Positions 25,720 through 35,996 of a stretch of 42,972 nucleotides of DNA are shown here, one piece after another. Numbering within the stretch: position 1 is the stretch's first letter; every line of letters starts with the position of its first letter. A program made the position numbers and the translations under genes. The notes beneath the pieces were generated by a model. The model made no database searches. It was not told the DNA's origin and worked only from the letters and a program-made list of their open reading frames with translations. The stretch is from positions 1-42,972 of the forward strand of contig DAOUMF010000067.1 of NCBI GenBank assembly GCA_034411955.1, given 5' to 3'. The stretch comes from Dehalococcoidia bacterium. GTDB lineage: Bacteria; Chloroflexota; Dehalococcoidia; SM23-28-2; RBG-16-64-32.

Positions 25720-27102
25720 ATGACCATCGAGTCCATCAACCCTGCCACTGAGGAGGTGCTCGCAACGTTCGAGCCCCTGGGCCGGGACGAGATCGAGCGC
25801 GCCCTCAGCGAGGCGGTTGCGGCCTTCGGCCGCTGGCGGCGTACACCTTTCGGGAGGCGGGGCGACCTCCTGCGCCGCACGGCGTCCTGCCTGCGCCAGC
25901 AGGTGGAGCGGCTCGCCGGCCTCATCACGGCCGAGATGGGCAAGCCCATCGTCGAGGCTGAGGCCGAGATCGAGAAATGCGCCTGGAACTGCGATTACTA
26001 CGCCGAGAACGGAGAAGCCTTCCTGGCCCCCAAGCCGGTCCAGACCAGCGCCAAAGAGAGCTACGTGGCCTTCGAGCCTCTGGGCGCGATCCTGGCGATC
26101 ATGCCCTGGAACTTCCCGTTCTGGCAGGTATTCCGCTTCGCCGCTCCCGCCCTCATGGCCGGCAACGCGGTGATCCTCAAGCACGCCTCCAACGTGCCCC
26201 AGTGCGCCCTGGCCATAGAGGACGTATTCCGAAATGCCGGGTCTCCCCCGGGCATCTTCCAGACCCTCCTGATACCGGGCTCGGCCATGCAGCCCCTCAT
26301 CGAGGACGTCCGCGTGCGGGGCGTGACCCTCACCGGCAGCGACGACACGGGGGCCAGGGTCGCCGAGGCCAGCGGCCGCGCCCTCAAGAAAACGGTCCTG
26401 GAGTTGGGCGGCTCCGATCCCTTCATCGTCCTGGACGACGCCGACCTGCGAGCGGCGGCCGAGACGGCAGTGCGGGCGAGGAATCAGAACACCGGCCAGA
26501 GCTGCATCGCCGCCAAGAGGTTCATCGTGGTGGAGAGGGTGGCCGACGAATTCGAACGGCTTCTCACCGACGGCACCGCCGCCCTCCGGGTGGGAGACCC
26601 ACAGGAGAGGGATACCCAGGTTGGGCCCCTGGCCCGTGCCGACCTGCGTGACGCCCTGCAGGATCAGGTGGAGCGTTCGCTGGCGGCAGGGGCCCGCCTT
26701 GCCACGGGGGGCCAGCGGCTCCAGCGAAGGGGCTATTTCTATGCCCCCACAGTGCTGACGAAGGTCACCCCGGAGATGCCTGTGGCCCGTGAGGAGACCT
26801 TTGGGCCGGTCGCGGCGGTGATGCGGGTCGGGGACAGTCACGAAGCGGTGGCCATCGCCAACGACTCGCACTTCGGCCTTGGGGCGAGCCTCTGGACGCG
26901 GGATACCTCGCATGGCAGGGAGTTGGCTCGCGAACTGGAGACGGGCTCGGTGTTCATCAACGGCATGGTCGTCTCAGATCCGCGGTTGCCGTTTGGGGGC
27001 GTCAAGCGCAGCGGCTACGGCCGTGAGCTGTCGGATTTCGGCATCCGCGAGTTCGTGAACATCCAGACTGTGTGGGTCGGCCACGACAAGGATCCGCCCT
27101 GA
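25720..27102 (+). CDS. NAD(P)-dependent aldehyde dehydrogenase, succinate-semialdehyde dehydrogenase type
   Basis: 460 aa. MTIESINPATEEVLATFEP is the typical N-terminus of this short SSADH clade. Also ELGGSDPFIV (catalytic Glu), NTGQSCIAAKRF (catalytic Cys) and EETFGPV. RBS GGAGGAA lies 7 nt upstream. Confidence 0.82.
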   Translation: MTIESINPATEEVLATFEPLGRDEIERALSEAVAAFGRWRRTPFGRRGDLLRRTASCLRQQVERLAGLITAEMGKPIVEAEAEIEKCAWNCDYYAENGEAFLAPKPVQTSAKESYVAFEPLGAILAIMPWNFPFWQVFRFAAPALMAGNAVILKHASNVPQCALAIEDVFRNAGSPPGIFQTLLIPGSAMQPLIEDVRVRGVTLTGSDDTGARVAEASGRALKKTVLELGGSDPFIVLDDADLRAAAETAVRARNQNTGQSCIAAKRFIVVERVADEFERLLTDGTAALRVGDPQERDTQVGPLARADLRDALQDQVERSLAAGARLATGGQRLQRRGYFYAPTVLTKVTPEMPVAREETFGPVAAVMRVGDSHEAVAIANDSHFGLGASLWTRDTSHGRELARELETGSVFINGMVVSDPRLPFGGVKRSGYGRELSDFGIREFVNIQTVWVGHDKDPP

Positions 27103-27114
27103 CGAGCCAATTCG

Positions 27115-28260
27115 ATGGAGAAGACATTGAGCGATGACCTGACGTTCGACGACCTTGGCCCCCAGCGCGTCTTTCAGTACTACGAGCCGCAGTCCGGCAT
27201 GCGGGCACTTGTCATAATCGATACGGTCCAGTTCCGCTACTCTGGCGGCGGCCTGCGCATGTTGCCGGACATATCTGTGAGCGAGGTCGCGCTCTTGGCG
27301 CGGGCGATGACCTACAAGTTCGCCTGGCTGGATCTCAACGTGGGAGGGGCAAAGGCGGGAATCTGGTTGGATGCCGACAGGCAGGACCGACGCGCGGTGC
27401 TGCAGGCCTTCGGGGAGGCTGCTGCGGACCTCCTTCAGAGCAGAGCCTACATGTGCGGAGTGGACATGGGCACATCCCACGAGGACCTTGAGGTCGTTCG
27501 TGCCGCGGCGGGCCTGCCTGAGGAGGCTGACGAGTTGGCGGCCAGACGTCTGCACGGCCTCACCATGGAGGAACTCGTTACCGGCTACGGCGTGATCAAG
27601 TCCGCCCGCCGAGCGGCCGAGCTTCTGGGACGTCGCCTGGAGGGAGCGTCGATAGTGTTGGAGGGCCTGGGCAAGGTCGGGGCGGGCTGTCTCAGACAGG
27701 CCCGCGACGAGGGAGCGAGAGTCGTCGCCGTATCGACCCTTGCCGGGACGCGGCACGACCCGGAGGGCCTCAACCTCGACCAACTCCTCGCTCTCCGGGA
27801 AGGTGCAGGAGACGAATCCGTCCTGCGATATGAGGGCGGCCGCCTTCTGCCCAGGGAAGCCCTGTATTCCCTGCCTGCCGACATCCTGATCCCCGGCGCG
27901 CGCCCCCACTGCATCACGGGCGAAGTGGCCGGATCCGTCCGCGCTTCCATGATCGTGCCGGCGGCCAACGCTCCGCTGACCTTCGAGGCCGACGCCATCC
28001 TCTACGAGCGAGGTGTAACCGTGGTGCCGGACTTCGTGGCCAATGCCGGGGGCGTCCTCCTGGCTGTGGTGGGCGCCTTCGGTGGGGGCGAGCGCGAGGC
28101 CTTCGCCACCGTCGGCGAGCGCGTCGCTGCCAACACCGAGCGGGCCCTCAGAGAGGCGGAGGCCCGGGGCGTCAGCCCGCAGCGGGCCGCTGTCGCTGTG
28201 GCCCAAGAGTGGCTGGCCAGCCGCGCCCAAGAGCGTCCGCCGGCGAACGCGGAGGCGTAG
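27115..28260 (+). CDS. Glu/Leu/Phe/Val-family amino-acid dehydrogenase
   Basis: 381 aa. YSGGGLRM and the catalytic-lysine loop NVGGAKAGIW, followed by a Rossmann region LEGLGKVGAGCLRQARDEGARVVAVS. Substrate cannot be assigned by eye. Confidence 0.72.
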   Translation: MEKTLSDDLTFDDLGPQRVFQYYEPQSGMRALVIIDTVQFRYSGGGLRMLPDISVSEVALLARAMTYKFAWLDLNVGGAKAGIWLDADRQDRRAVLQAFGEAAADLLQSRAYMCGVDMGTSHEDLEVVRAAAGLPEEADELAARRLHGLTMEELVTGYGVIKSARRAAELLGRRLEGASIVLEGLGKVGAGCLRQARDEGARVVAVSTLAGTRHDPEGLNLDQLLALREGAGDESVLRYEGGRLLPREALYSLPADILIPGARPHCITGEVAGSVRASMIVPAANAPLTFEADAILYERGVTVVPDFVANAGGVLLAVVGAFGGGEREAFATVGERVAANTERALREAEARGVSPQRAAVAVAQEWLASRAQERPPANAEA

Positions 28261-28416
28261 CCTCAGGATCGGCCTCGGCCGGATTTGCCCTCGCCCGCGG
28301 CGCCACGCCCGCGCTGGCGGGCGGCCTCTCCTGCGACGGGATGTGCGAGGCAACGGCGACCTGTATAGTTGCAGTCGGGCGACAGGCAGACCGAATTCTT
28401 TCTTGAGGTGAGAGCG

Positions 28417-30138
28417 ATGGGCGAGATTACCGGGGGAGAGCTTCTCTTGAGGAGCCTGCACGCGGAGAATGTGCGCCATGTCTGGGCGATCCCCGATGGC
28501 ACGTACATGATCTTCCTGGAAGCGCTGGAACGCCTGGGACCGGAACTGGGGGTGCGGCTGCTGGTGCCCGCGCACGAGGCGGCGGGAGCCCACGCCGCGG
28601 ACGCGATGACCCGCGTGACAGGCGAGCCGGCGGTGGTGATGGCGTGTGCCGGGCCGGGCGCCGCGAACCTGATTTCCGGTGTGCTCTGCGCGCAGGACGA
28701 GGGCAGCCCTGTGGTGGCGATTACGACGACGCGCCGCTCCGACATATCTTACCCGCACCTGGGCGGGATGCAGGTGCTGGACCAGCAGGCGTGCTTCAGG
28801 CCGGCCGTGAAGTGGAATATGCAGGTGAACCAGTGGAAGCGCATCCCGGACGCCGTCCGTCATGCCTTCCGAGCGGCAATGGCGGGACGCCCCGGGCCGG
28901 TGCACATCGAGTTCCCGGAGGACCTGCTCCTGCAGAAGGGCGACGCGGAGAGCGTGGACGTCTGGAAGCGGGACCAGTTCGCCTCGCCGCGGTCCGTCGC
29001 GGACCCGGAGCTGGTGCGGCGGGCTGCCGAGATGATGCTGGACGCCCGCCTGCCGCTGATCCATTGCGGTGGCGGCACACAGCGCGCCGGGGCGGGGGCC
29101 GAAGTTCGGGCCCTTGCCGAGTACCTCGGGTGCCCGGTGACGACTGGCGCCGGCTCGCGGGGGATCATGCCGGACGGACACCCGCTCGTCACCCGGCCGG
29201 TGTCGCCCGCCTCCGCGGTCGTCAAGAACATGGCGGATGTGGTACTGGCCGTCGGCACCAGGTTCGGAGAGCTCGACTTCTGGGGCCGGCCGCCCGTCTG
29301 GCCTCACCCCTCAGGTCAGAAGGTGATACAGGTGGACGTCGATCCGCGGAACATCGCACTGAACCGGCCGGTGGAAGCCGCGCTGGTAGGCGACGCGAGG
29401 GCCGTCCTGGGGCAGGTGCTCGACACCGTCCGGGAGTTGACTGGACCGCGACCGTACTACGAGCAGATCGCCACGATACGGGACGTCGACCAGAAGTGGC
29501 GCGACGAGATCAACCAGCGTGTCGCCGACATGCAGCGCCGGCCAATGATCCCCGGCCAGATCTTCACCGTCGCCAACGACTTCTTTCCCCCGGACGCCAT
29601 CGTCGCCCTCGATGGCGGCAACACCTGCCTCTGGGCGGCTCATTACCTCATGATCCGGGAGCAGCGGTCGATGCTGTGGACTTCCAACGCCGGGCACCTG
29701 GGCACCGGCCTGCCGTTCGCCATAGGCGGGAAGATCGCGGCGCCGGAGCGCACGGTGTTCGCCGTCTGTGGAGACAGCGCGTTCCGGTTCAACATGCAGG
29801 AACTGGAGACGGCGGCCCGCTATGAGCTGCCCATTACCGTCATCGTGGCCGTGGACGGGGCATGGGGGATGGAGAAGAGCGCCCAGCGGCGTGTCTGGGG
29901 GCGGGAAGCGCCCTGGTTCGGCTGCGATCACGCGCCGGTTAGGTATGACCGGGTGGCCGAGGCCATGGGCTGCCACGGCGAGTACGTGGACCGGGCGGTG
30001 GACCTGCCCCCGGCCCTTGAGCGCGCTGCGGCGAGCGGGCGTCCGGCTGTAGTCCACGTGGCAGTGGACCCGGTGGAGAACGAGAACCCGCCGGGGCTGG
30101 GGCTCTGGGTGACCGCGCGCGCCGGTCCGAAGATATAA
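28417..30138 (+). CDS. thiamine-diphosphate enzyme of the acetolactate-synthase / oxalyl-CoA-decarboxylase / 2-oxoacid-decarboxylase superfamily
   Basis: Catalytic-Glu region PAHEAAGAHAADA, GRPGPVHIEFPEDL, and the ThDP motif CGDSAFRFNMQELETAARYELPITVIVAVDG. The ORF opens at 28369, but the ATG at 28417 (MGEITGGELLLRSL) follows a GAGGTG RBS and matches family N-termini. Confidence 0.85.
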   Translation: MGEITGGELLLRSLHAENVRHVWAIPDGTYMIFLEALERLGPELGVRLLVPAHEAAGAHAADAMTRVTGEPAVVMACAGPGAANLISGVLCAQDEGSPVVAITTTRRSDISYPHLGGMQVLDQQACFRPAVKWNMQVNQWKRIPDAVRHAFRAAMAGRPGPVHIEFPEDLLLQKGDAESVDVWKRDQFASPRSVADPELVRRAAEMMLDARLPLIHCGGGTQRAGAGAEVRALAEYLGCPVTTGAGSRGIMPDGHPLVTRPVSPASAVVKNMADVVLAVGTRFGELDFWGRPPVWPHPSGQKVIQVDVDPRNIALNRPVEAALVGDARAVLGQVLDTVRELTGPRPYYEQIATIRDVDQKWRDEINQRVADMQRRPMIPGQIFTVANDFFPPDAIVALDGGNTCLWAAHYLMIREQRSMLWTSNAGHLGTGLPFAIGGKIAAPERTVFAVCGDSAFRFNMQELETAARYELPITVIVAVDGAWGMEKSAQRRVWGREAPWFGCDHAPVRYDRVAEAMGCHGEYVDRAVDLPPALERAAASGRPAVVHVAVDPVENENPPGLGLWVTARAGPKI

Positions 30139-30236
30139 GAGCCCGGCGTGAGACACCGGCAGGACAAGCCGGCGCTGGTCACCGGCGGGGACGCGATCGT
30201 TAGCAGCGCCTCCCGAGGAGCGCGAAGGAGTGAGTT

Positions 30237-31082
30237 GTGAAAGAGTTCAATGACAAGGTCGCCGTAGTAACAGGAGCCGCCAGCGGCATTGGGCGGGCAC
30301 TCGCGGAGCGCTTCGCTGCTGAGCACATGAAGGTTGTCCTCGCTGACGTTGAGGAGGAGACCCTCGCCAAGGTCGAAGCCGAGATGAAGGCCGACGGCGC
30401 GAACGTGCTGGCGGTACCTACCGACGTTTCCAGGGCGGGGGACGTAGAGGCGCTCGCCCAGAGGGCTTTCGGCGCTTTCGGTGCGGTCCATGTCCTGTGC
30501 AATAACGCTGGCGTAGCCGTTGGCGGGGTCTCGTGGCAGCAGACCGTCAAGGACTGGGAGTGGATCTTGGGCGTCAATCTCTGGGGGGTGATTCACGGCA
30601 TAAGAGCCTTCGTGCCTGCCATGCTCGATCAGGACACCGAGGGCCACATCGTCAACACCGCGTCCGGAGCGGGACTGCACACACGTCCCTGGCTCTCGAT
30701 GTATTGTGCGACGAAGCACGCCGTCGTCGCCCTGTCCGAATCGCTGCACCACGAGCTCGCCCTCACCGGCGCCAAGCTGAAGGTGTCGGTGCTCTGCCCG
30801 GCCGTCGTCAACACGCGGATCGGCGAGTCCGAACGCAACCGCCCAGCCGAGTTGCGGGATGTAGGCGCCTCCCAGGCCGGGAGCCCGCAGATGGAGGTGA
30901 TGGAGCAGGCGTTCCGCCAGCTTCTGGCCACGGGACTCTCCCCGGAGCAGGTCGCCGAGGCAGTCTTTCAGGCCGTAAGGGACGAGAGCTTCTACATAGT
31001 CACCCATCCCGAGACCAAAGATCGAGTGAGAGCACGCATGACAGACATTGAGGAGGGTAGGAACCCCACACTAGTGGTCTGA
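30237..31082 (+). CDS. classical short-chain dehydrogenase/reductase (SDR)
   Basis: GTG start with GAAGGAG RBS. Motifs: VAVVTGAASGIGRALA, NNAG, and catalytic YCATKHAV. Confidence 0.9.
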   Translation: MKEFNDKVAVVTGAASGIGRALAERFAAEHMKVVLADVEEETLAKVEAEMKADGANVLAVPTDVSRAGDVEALAQRAFGAFGAVHVLCNNAGVAVGGVSWQQTVKDWEWILGVNLWGVIHGIRAFVPAMLDQDTEGHIVNTASGAGLHTRPWLSMYCATKHAVVALSESLHHELALTGAKLKVSVLCPAVVNTRIGESERNRPAELRDVGASQAGSPQMEVMEQAFRQLLATGLSPEQVAEAVFQAVRDESFYIVTHPETKDRVRARMTDIEEGRNPTLVV

Positions 31083-31234
31083 CGCTGACCGCGTAGTTGT
31101 GTCGTCAGCACTTGGGAACAGATAGACGTGGGCGAAAGGAATGCGTTGCCCCTGCAAGCTGCTAGTATTGTCACAAGCACATCCAGTGGCGTGGCCGCCC
31201 CCACAGACGCCTGGCTTTCTAGGAGGGTTCGAGG

Positions 31235-31726
31235 ATGGAGGAGCGGCTTCCAGATGCGGAGCTTCTCAAGCGAGTCGAGGAATCGGCCTACAACTATGAG
31301 AAGGCCTATCATGGCTGCTCTCAGTGTGTGTTGCAGGCGATCCAAGACCACTTGAAGGTGGGCAACGAGGCCACATTCAGGTCGGCGAGCGCCCTCGCCG
31401 GCGGCGTTGCCCTCATGGGCGACTCCTGCGGAGCGCTGGTCGCGGGCATGATGGCGCTGGGCCTGGTCTTCGGCCGTCAGAAGATCGAGGACTTCCCGCA
31501 GCTTGCCAGTTCAATGGTGCCGGCGCGAACGCTCTACGCCAGGTTCCGAGAGGAATTCGGGAGCTGCCTCTGCCGGGACGTGATGACGGCGCAGGTGGGC
31601 AGATTCTATGATCTGGCTGCCGAGTACCACCAGTTCCAGGAGGCTGGCGGCTACGAGCGATGCTCAACGGTTGCGGCCAAGACTGCTCGCATGGCCGCTG
31701 ACCTGATCCTGGCGGCCCGGGGCTAG
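31235..31726 (+). CDS. C_GCAxxG_C_C-family putative redox-active protein
   Basis: 163 aa. Cysteine signature positions: YHGCSQCVLQAIQD, GDSCGALVAGMMALG, GSCLCRDV and YERCSTV. RBS AGGAGGG. Confidence 0.72.
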   Translation: MEERLPDAELLKRVEESAYNYEKAYHGCSQCVLQAIQDHLKVGNEATFRSASALAGGVALMGDSCGALVAGMMALGLVFGRQKIEDFPQLASSMVPARTLYARFREEFGSCLCRDVMTAQVGRFYDLAAEYHQFQEAGGYERCSTVAAKTARMAADLILAARG

Positions 31727-31891
31727 CGTAGGGAATCCGCGCTTCAGCGGCGTTGGCCTCTCAAGTGGCTGGGATCGGGTACAAGTCCGTCTTGTCGGTT
31801 ATGGACTGCTCGCACAAATGGCACTTTCGCTGACGGCGCACAATTGGCGTCGGCCATCACGGGTAGACAGACTTCATGAAAGGTCGCTGTC

Positions 31892-33097
31892 ATGACGCTG
31901 GCTCTGGAAGGAATCAAGGTGGTGGAGGTGTCCACCTGGGTGGCCGCACCAGTCTGCGGCGTCCTGCTGGCCGAGTTCGGAGCCGAGGTGATCAGGATCG
32001 AACACCTGCAGGGGGATCCCGTTCGCGGCCTGCTGCCGCGGGGATCGGCAGCCGGTAGCGTGTTCAACTGGTGGTGGGAGATGTGGAATCGCAGCAAGAG
32101 AGGGATGGCCCTGAACCTCGGCACGCCAGAAGGACGCGAGATTGTTCATAAGCTGGCGGCGCAGAGCGACATCTTCCTGACGAACCTCCGCCCCAGCGTA
32201 CTGGAGCGGGCGGAACTCGACTACCAGAGGATGCGTGAGATGAACCCGCGGATCATCTACGCCCACATCACGGGGTACGGAGCCAAGGGTCCGGAGACAG
32301 AACGGCCCTCCTTCGACGCTCTTGCGTTCTGGACTCGGAGCGGCTTTGCTACCATCTTGGGCGAGCCCGATGGCCCTCCCGTTGGCCTTGAGGGGGCCAT
32401 GGGAGACCATCCTACGGGCAACTTCGCGCTGGCCGGCATCGCCCTCGCCCTGTATGCGCGCGAACGCACCGGCGTGGGTCAGAAGGTGGATGTTTCTCTG
32501 CTCGGGAGCGGATGCTGGGTAAACGGTGTTGACCTCCAATGGGCCCTGGCTTTTGGGGCTAATCCCCCAAATCTCTCCCGAAAGAAGGTCCCCAACCCCT
32601 TGTCGAACTCCTACCAGGCTCGATGCGGGCGGTGGCTCCGGCTCTGCATGATGGAGAGCGATCGATACTGGCCCGCCTTCTGCAAGGCCTTGGGGAGGCC
32701 GGATCTGGAGGGCGATCCCAGGTTTGTGTCGTTTGTCGATAGAGCCAACAACCGCGAGGCTCTTATCGCACTTCTCGAAGAGATCATCGCTGGCAAGAAC
32801 CGAGATGAGTGGGCGCCGCTCTTCGACCGGTACGAGCTGCCCTGGGACCCGGTCCAGACGATGACCGAGGTGGCGCAGGATCCGAGCGTCCTGGCTAACG
32901 ACTGCATCGCCGAGTACGAGCATTTCTCCGGACGTCGGGTGAAGAGCGTGGCATCTCCGATTCACTTGAGTGAGACGCCGGCTGCCGTTCGGCACGGTGC
33001 TCCCGAGCACGGCCAGCACAATGAGGAGATCCTGCTTGAGCTAGGATTCGACTGGGCTGAGATCGAGCGTCTGAAAGAGAAAAGGGCGATACTGTGA
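31892..33097 (+). CDS. family III (CaiB/BaiF/Frc-type) CoA-transferase
   Basis: 401 aa. N-terminus LEGIKVVEVSTWVAAPVCGVLLAEFGAEVIRIE. The catalytic-Asp region reads RPSFDALAFW. Confidence 0.88.
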   Translation: MTLALEGIKVVEVSTWVAAPVCGVLLAEFGAEVIRIEHLQGDPVRGLLPRGSAAGSVFNWWWEMWNRSKRGMALNLGTPEGREIVHKLAAQSDIFLTNLRPSVLERAELDYQRMREMNPRIIYAHITGYGAKGPETERPSFDALAFWTRSGFATILGEPDGPPVGLEGAMGDHPTGNFALAGIALALYARERTGVGQKVDVSLLGSGCWVNGVDLQWALAFGANPPNLSRKKVPNPLSNSYQARCGRWLRLCMMESDRYWPAFCKALGRPDLEGDPRFVSFVDRANNREALIALLEEIIAGKNRDEWAPLFDRYELPWDPVQTMTEVAQDPSVLANDCIAEYEHFSGRRVKSVASPIHLSETPAAVRHGAPEHGQHNEEILLELGFDWAEIERLKEKRAIL

Positions 33098-33175
33098 CGG
33101 ACCCCTTCGGTCAGGCCGCACGATTTCGGTGAGTCCCATGTCTGAACTCAAACAGGCGAGAGAGGGGCATCGAAG

Positions 33176-34123
33176 ATGTCACAAGTCATAGATTTGGACC
33201 TCGACCTGCCTCCCACCAGCGAGGCCGAGTTAGTCGGGCAGATTCGCGCGCTCATGCAGTACCGTGGACAGAAGGGCGTGCCCAACTATCTGCACATCTT
33301 CGGCCCAAGAATGGCGCGCGCCTTGGGGCTGACGCTCGAAGAGGTGGAGAGAATGTGGGATGAGCTTTCCCCTCAGGAGTTCGAGAGCGCCCTCCGGGAA
33401 AGGGCAGGAGGGCTGGCGCCGTCCCTGCCGGATTTCGTTGCCCAAATGGATGACGCCGGAGTCCAGTGGGGCCTCATCGGCGCTGGCAGCAACGACAGGA
33501 CCGCCGAGATCGTGTCGCAGTTCCCCGACAGGTTCATCGGCGAGGCCATGGTCAATCCACACGACGGCATGAAGGCGGTGAGAGAGCTGGAAAGGGCTGT
33601 CAAGGAGTTGGGCCTAAAGAGCTTCTACGCCTCACCCTTCAGGTACGGCATTCGACCTAACGACAAGAAGTTCTATCCTCTGTACGCCAAAGCGGTAGAG
33701 CTGTGCGTCCCCGTGTTTGTCTATTGCACCATGAACTACCGCACCGACTTCCCCATGGACTTGGCACACCCTCTCTGCCTGGACGAGGTGGCCAGGGACT
33801 TCCCCGAGATGACGATTATCGCCAATTGCGGTGGCTGGCCTTGGGTGCCTGACATGATCGGGGTGGCCCGCAGGCATCAGAATCTGTACATCGACACGGC
33901 AGCCCACCGGCCGAAGTACTTGGCGACACCAGGCTCCGGATGGGAGATGCTGATGCAGTTCGGCAACACCCTGCTCCAGGACAGAATCGTCTTCGCCTCG
34001 GGTTGGAGCAACTACCAGATGCCAATAGGGGACGTCGTCGAGGAGATGAAGGCCCTTCCTCTCAAGGAGGATGTCAAGGAGAAGTGGCTCTACCGGAACG
34101 CGACGAGGATTTTCCAGACTTGA
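33176..34123 (+). CDS. amidohydrolase_2 (PF04909-type) metal-dependent hydrolase/lactonase/decarboxylase
   Basis: 315 aa of TIM-barrel hydrolase length. Pattern: FIGEAMVNPHDG ... PVFVYCT ... IIANCGGWPW ... NLYIDTAAH ... IVFASGW. Assignment by recalled pattern only. Confidence 0.68.
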   Translation: MSQVIDLDLDLPPTSEAELVGQIRALMQYRGQKGVPNYLHIFGPRMARALGLTLEEVERMWDELSPQEFESALRERAGGLAPSLPDFVAQMDDAGVQWGLIGAGSNDRTAEIVSQFPDRFIGEAMVNPHDGMKAVRELERAVKELGLKSFYASPFRYGIRPNDKKFYPLYAKAVELCVPVFVYCTMNYRTDFPMDLAHPLCLDEVARDFPEMTIIANCGGWPWVPDMIGVARRHQNLYIDTAAHRPKYLATPGSGWEMLMQFGNTLLQDRIVFASGWSNYQMPIGDVVEEMKALPLKEDVKEKWLYRNATRIFQT

Positions 34124-34197
34124 TGGTTCGGCCTTGACTGCCCAGCCGCAATCTGGCACGGTAACGGAGTCGCAATCGCAGAGGCAGGAGGAGCCCT

Positions 34198-35637
34198 ATG
34201 GATGACATCGCCCTTCTCGACGGCACCGCTCAGGCCGACCTCGTGCGCCGCAAACAGGTCAAGCCCATCGAACTCGTTGACGCCGCCATCGAGCGCATCG
34301 AGCGCCTCAACCCCACCCTCAACGCCGTCGTCACCCCCATGTACGACGAGGCCCGCAAGGTCGCCTCCGCGCCCCTGCCCGATGGCCCCTTCGCCGGTGT
34401 GCCCTTCCTCCTCAAGGACCTCGGACCCCAGTACGCCGGCGTGCGCCTCACCGAGGGCTCGGCCCTGCTCCGCGACTACGTGTCCGACCATGACACCGAG
34501 CTCGTCGTTCGTCAGAAGCGCGCTGGCTTGATCGTGGTGGGCAAGACCAACACCCCGGAGTTCGGCCTCATGCCCACCACCGAGCCCCGCCTCTTCGGCC
34601 CCACTCACAACCCCTGGGACACCGGCCGCACTCCCGGCGGCTCCAGCGGTGGCTCCGCTGCCGCCGTGGCCGCTGGCATCGTCGCCCTCGCCCATGGCAA
34701 CGACGGCGGTGGCTCCGTCCGCATCCCCGCCTCCTGCTGCGGTGTGTTCGGCCTCAAGCCCACCCGCGCCCGCACACCGCTGGGCCCCGACCTCGGCGAG
34801 GACTGGCACGGTCTCGTGAACGACCACGCCCTCACCCGCTCCGTGCGCGACAGCGCTGCCCTCCTGGACGCCACCTCCGGCCCCGATCTGGGCGACCCGT
34901 ACTGGGCGCCGCCGCCGGAGCGACCTTTCCTTGAGGAGGTCGGCGCCGATCCCGGCCGCCTTCGCATCGCCTTTACTGTCGACGCTGGCACCGGCGTCTC
35001 CGTCCACCCCGACTGCGTGGGCGCCCTCGAGGACGCCGCCGCCCTCTGCGCCGACCTGGGCCACGAGGTCGTGGAGGGCGCGCCCCCGCTCGACAGGGAA
35101 CGCCTCACTGAATCGATCATCAACCTCATATCCGCTTCCACCACCGCCCAGGTCGATGATTGGGCTGGCCGCGCCGGCCGCGCGCCCACCGAGGACCTCC
35201 TCGAACCATACACCTGGGCCCTGTACCAACTGGGGCGACAGCGGCTCGCCTCAGACTACATCCTGGGCGTTCAGGACCTCCACCGTCTGAGCCGTGACAT
35301 CGCCCGCTTCTTCGTGGACTACGATATCTTGCTCACGCCCACCCTGGCCGAGCCGCCCCTCCCTCTTGGCAGCTTCGACCCCACCCCGGAAGACCCGCTC
35401 CAGGGCCTGACCCGCGCCTCCGCCTTCATGCCCTTTACCCCGATCTCCAACGTCACCGGCCAGCCCGCCATGTCCGTGCCCCTGTACTGGAACGCCGAGG
35501 GCCTGCCGGTGGGTGCCCACTTCGTCGCTCGCTTCGGGGACGAGGCCACCTTGTTCCGCCTCGCCGCTCAGTTGGAGGAGGCCCGGCCCTGGGCGGACCG
35601 CCGTCCGCCCATCTCGGCCGAAGCCGTGTCCGCGTGA
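34198..35637 (+). CDS. amidase-signature (AS) family amidase
   Basis: Canonical AS stretch [43 protein letters not shown], and GVPFLLKDL upstream. Confidence 0.9.
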   Translation: MDDIALLDGTAQADLVRRKQVKPIELVDAAIERIERLNPTLNAVVTPMYDEARKVASAPLPDGPFAGVPFLLKDLGPQYAGVRLTEGSALLRDYVSDHDTELVVRQKRAGLIVVGKTNTPEFGLMPTTEPRLFGPTHNPWDTGRTPGGSSGGSAAAVAAGIVALAHGNDGGGSVRIPASCCGVFGLKPTRARTPLGPDLGEDWHGLVNDHALTRSVRDSAALLDATSGPDLGDPYWAPPPERPFLEEVGADPGRLRIAFTVDAGTGVSVHPDCVGALEDAAALCADLGHEVVEGAPPLDRERLTESIINLISASTTAQVDDWAGRAGRAPTEDLLEPYTWALYQLGRQRLASDYILGVQDLHRLSRDIARFFVDYDILLTPTLAEPPLPLGSFDPTPEDPLQGLTRASAFMPFTPISNVTGQPAMSVPLYWNAEGLPVGAHFVARFGDEATLFRLAAQLEEARPWADRRPPISAEAVSA

Positions 35638-35996
35638 CGCGTGCTGGATGCGCGGGTTCATGGCGGATCTGTTGCACGCCGCGACGGGCGCTCTCATTGA
35701 CCTGCCTCGTGCGGTCTGATATAGCTGGTGACGTGGCGGTCTTGGCGATACGGGTGCATCCCAGAGACAACGTGGCGGTGGCGGCCGCCGATGTTCAGGC
35801 GGGCGAAGCGGTGCGGCTCGCCGATGGCACCGAGCTGCTGACGGTCGAGGCGATCCCCCGCGGCAGCAAGGTGGCTCTCAGCCCCATCGCGAGAGGAGAG
35901 GCGATCATACGCTACGGGGAGGAGATCGGCAGGGCCACGGAGGAGATCGCCGTCGGCGCGTACGTGCACACCCACAACCTGGGACGCAGGCAATGA
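35634..35996 (+). CDS. UxaA/GarD-family dehydratase, N-terminal SAF-domain subunit
   Basis: The SAF-domain sequence [20 protein letters not shown]...[43 protein letters not shown] is typical. GTG 35634 overlaps the amidase stop (GTGA), but the first 33 codons are Cys/Trp/Arg-rich and atypical. GTG 35733 (VAVLAIRV) is a plausible true start. Confidence 0.7.
   Translation: MTRAGCAGSWRICCTPRRALSLTCLVRSDIAGDVAVLAIRVHPRDNVAVAAADVQAGEAVRLADGTELLTVEAIPRGSKVALSPIARGEAIIRYGEEIGRATEEIAVGAYVHTHNLGRRQ

Noticed and set aside
26974-29307. A 777-aa minus-strand ORF, one of the longest in the track, spans two plus-strand genes.
   Set aside because: Its translation is Arg/Gly/His/Pro-rich and low-complexity with no recognisable motif. 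It lies antisense to two ORFs with clear enzyme signatures (Glu/Leu/Phe/Val dehydrogenase, ThDP enzyme). This is a typical shadow ORF of GC-rich DNA.
28417-30138. Calling the ThDP enzyme a biosynthetic acetolactate synthase (ilvB).
   Set aside because: No ilvN, ilvC or ilvD neighbours are present, and it sits inside a catabolic array next to an SSADH and a CoA-transferase. I therefore kept only the superfamily-level call.
35634-35732. A 33-codon N-terminal extension of the UxaA SAF subunit, starting at a GTG that overlaps the amidase stop.
   Set aside because: Not fully rejected. The GTGA overlap is attractive, but the extension ([33 protein letters not shown]) is compositionally atypical, and SAF subunits normally begin a few residues before the DNVAVA motif. 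The start is left ambiguous, with GTG 35733 as the alternative.
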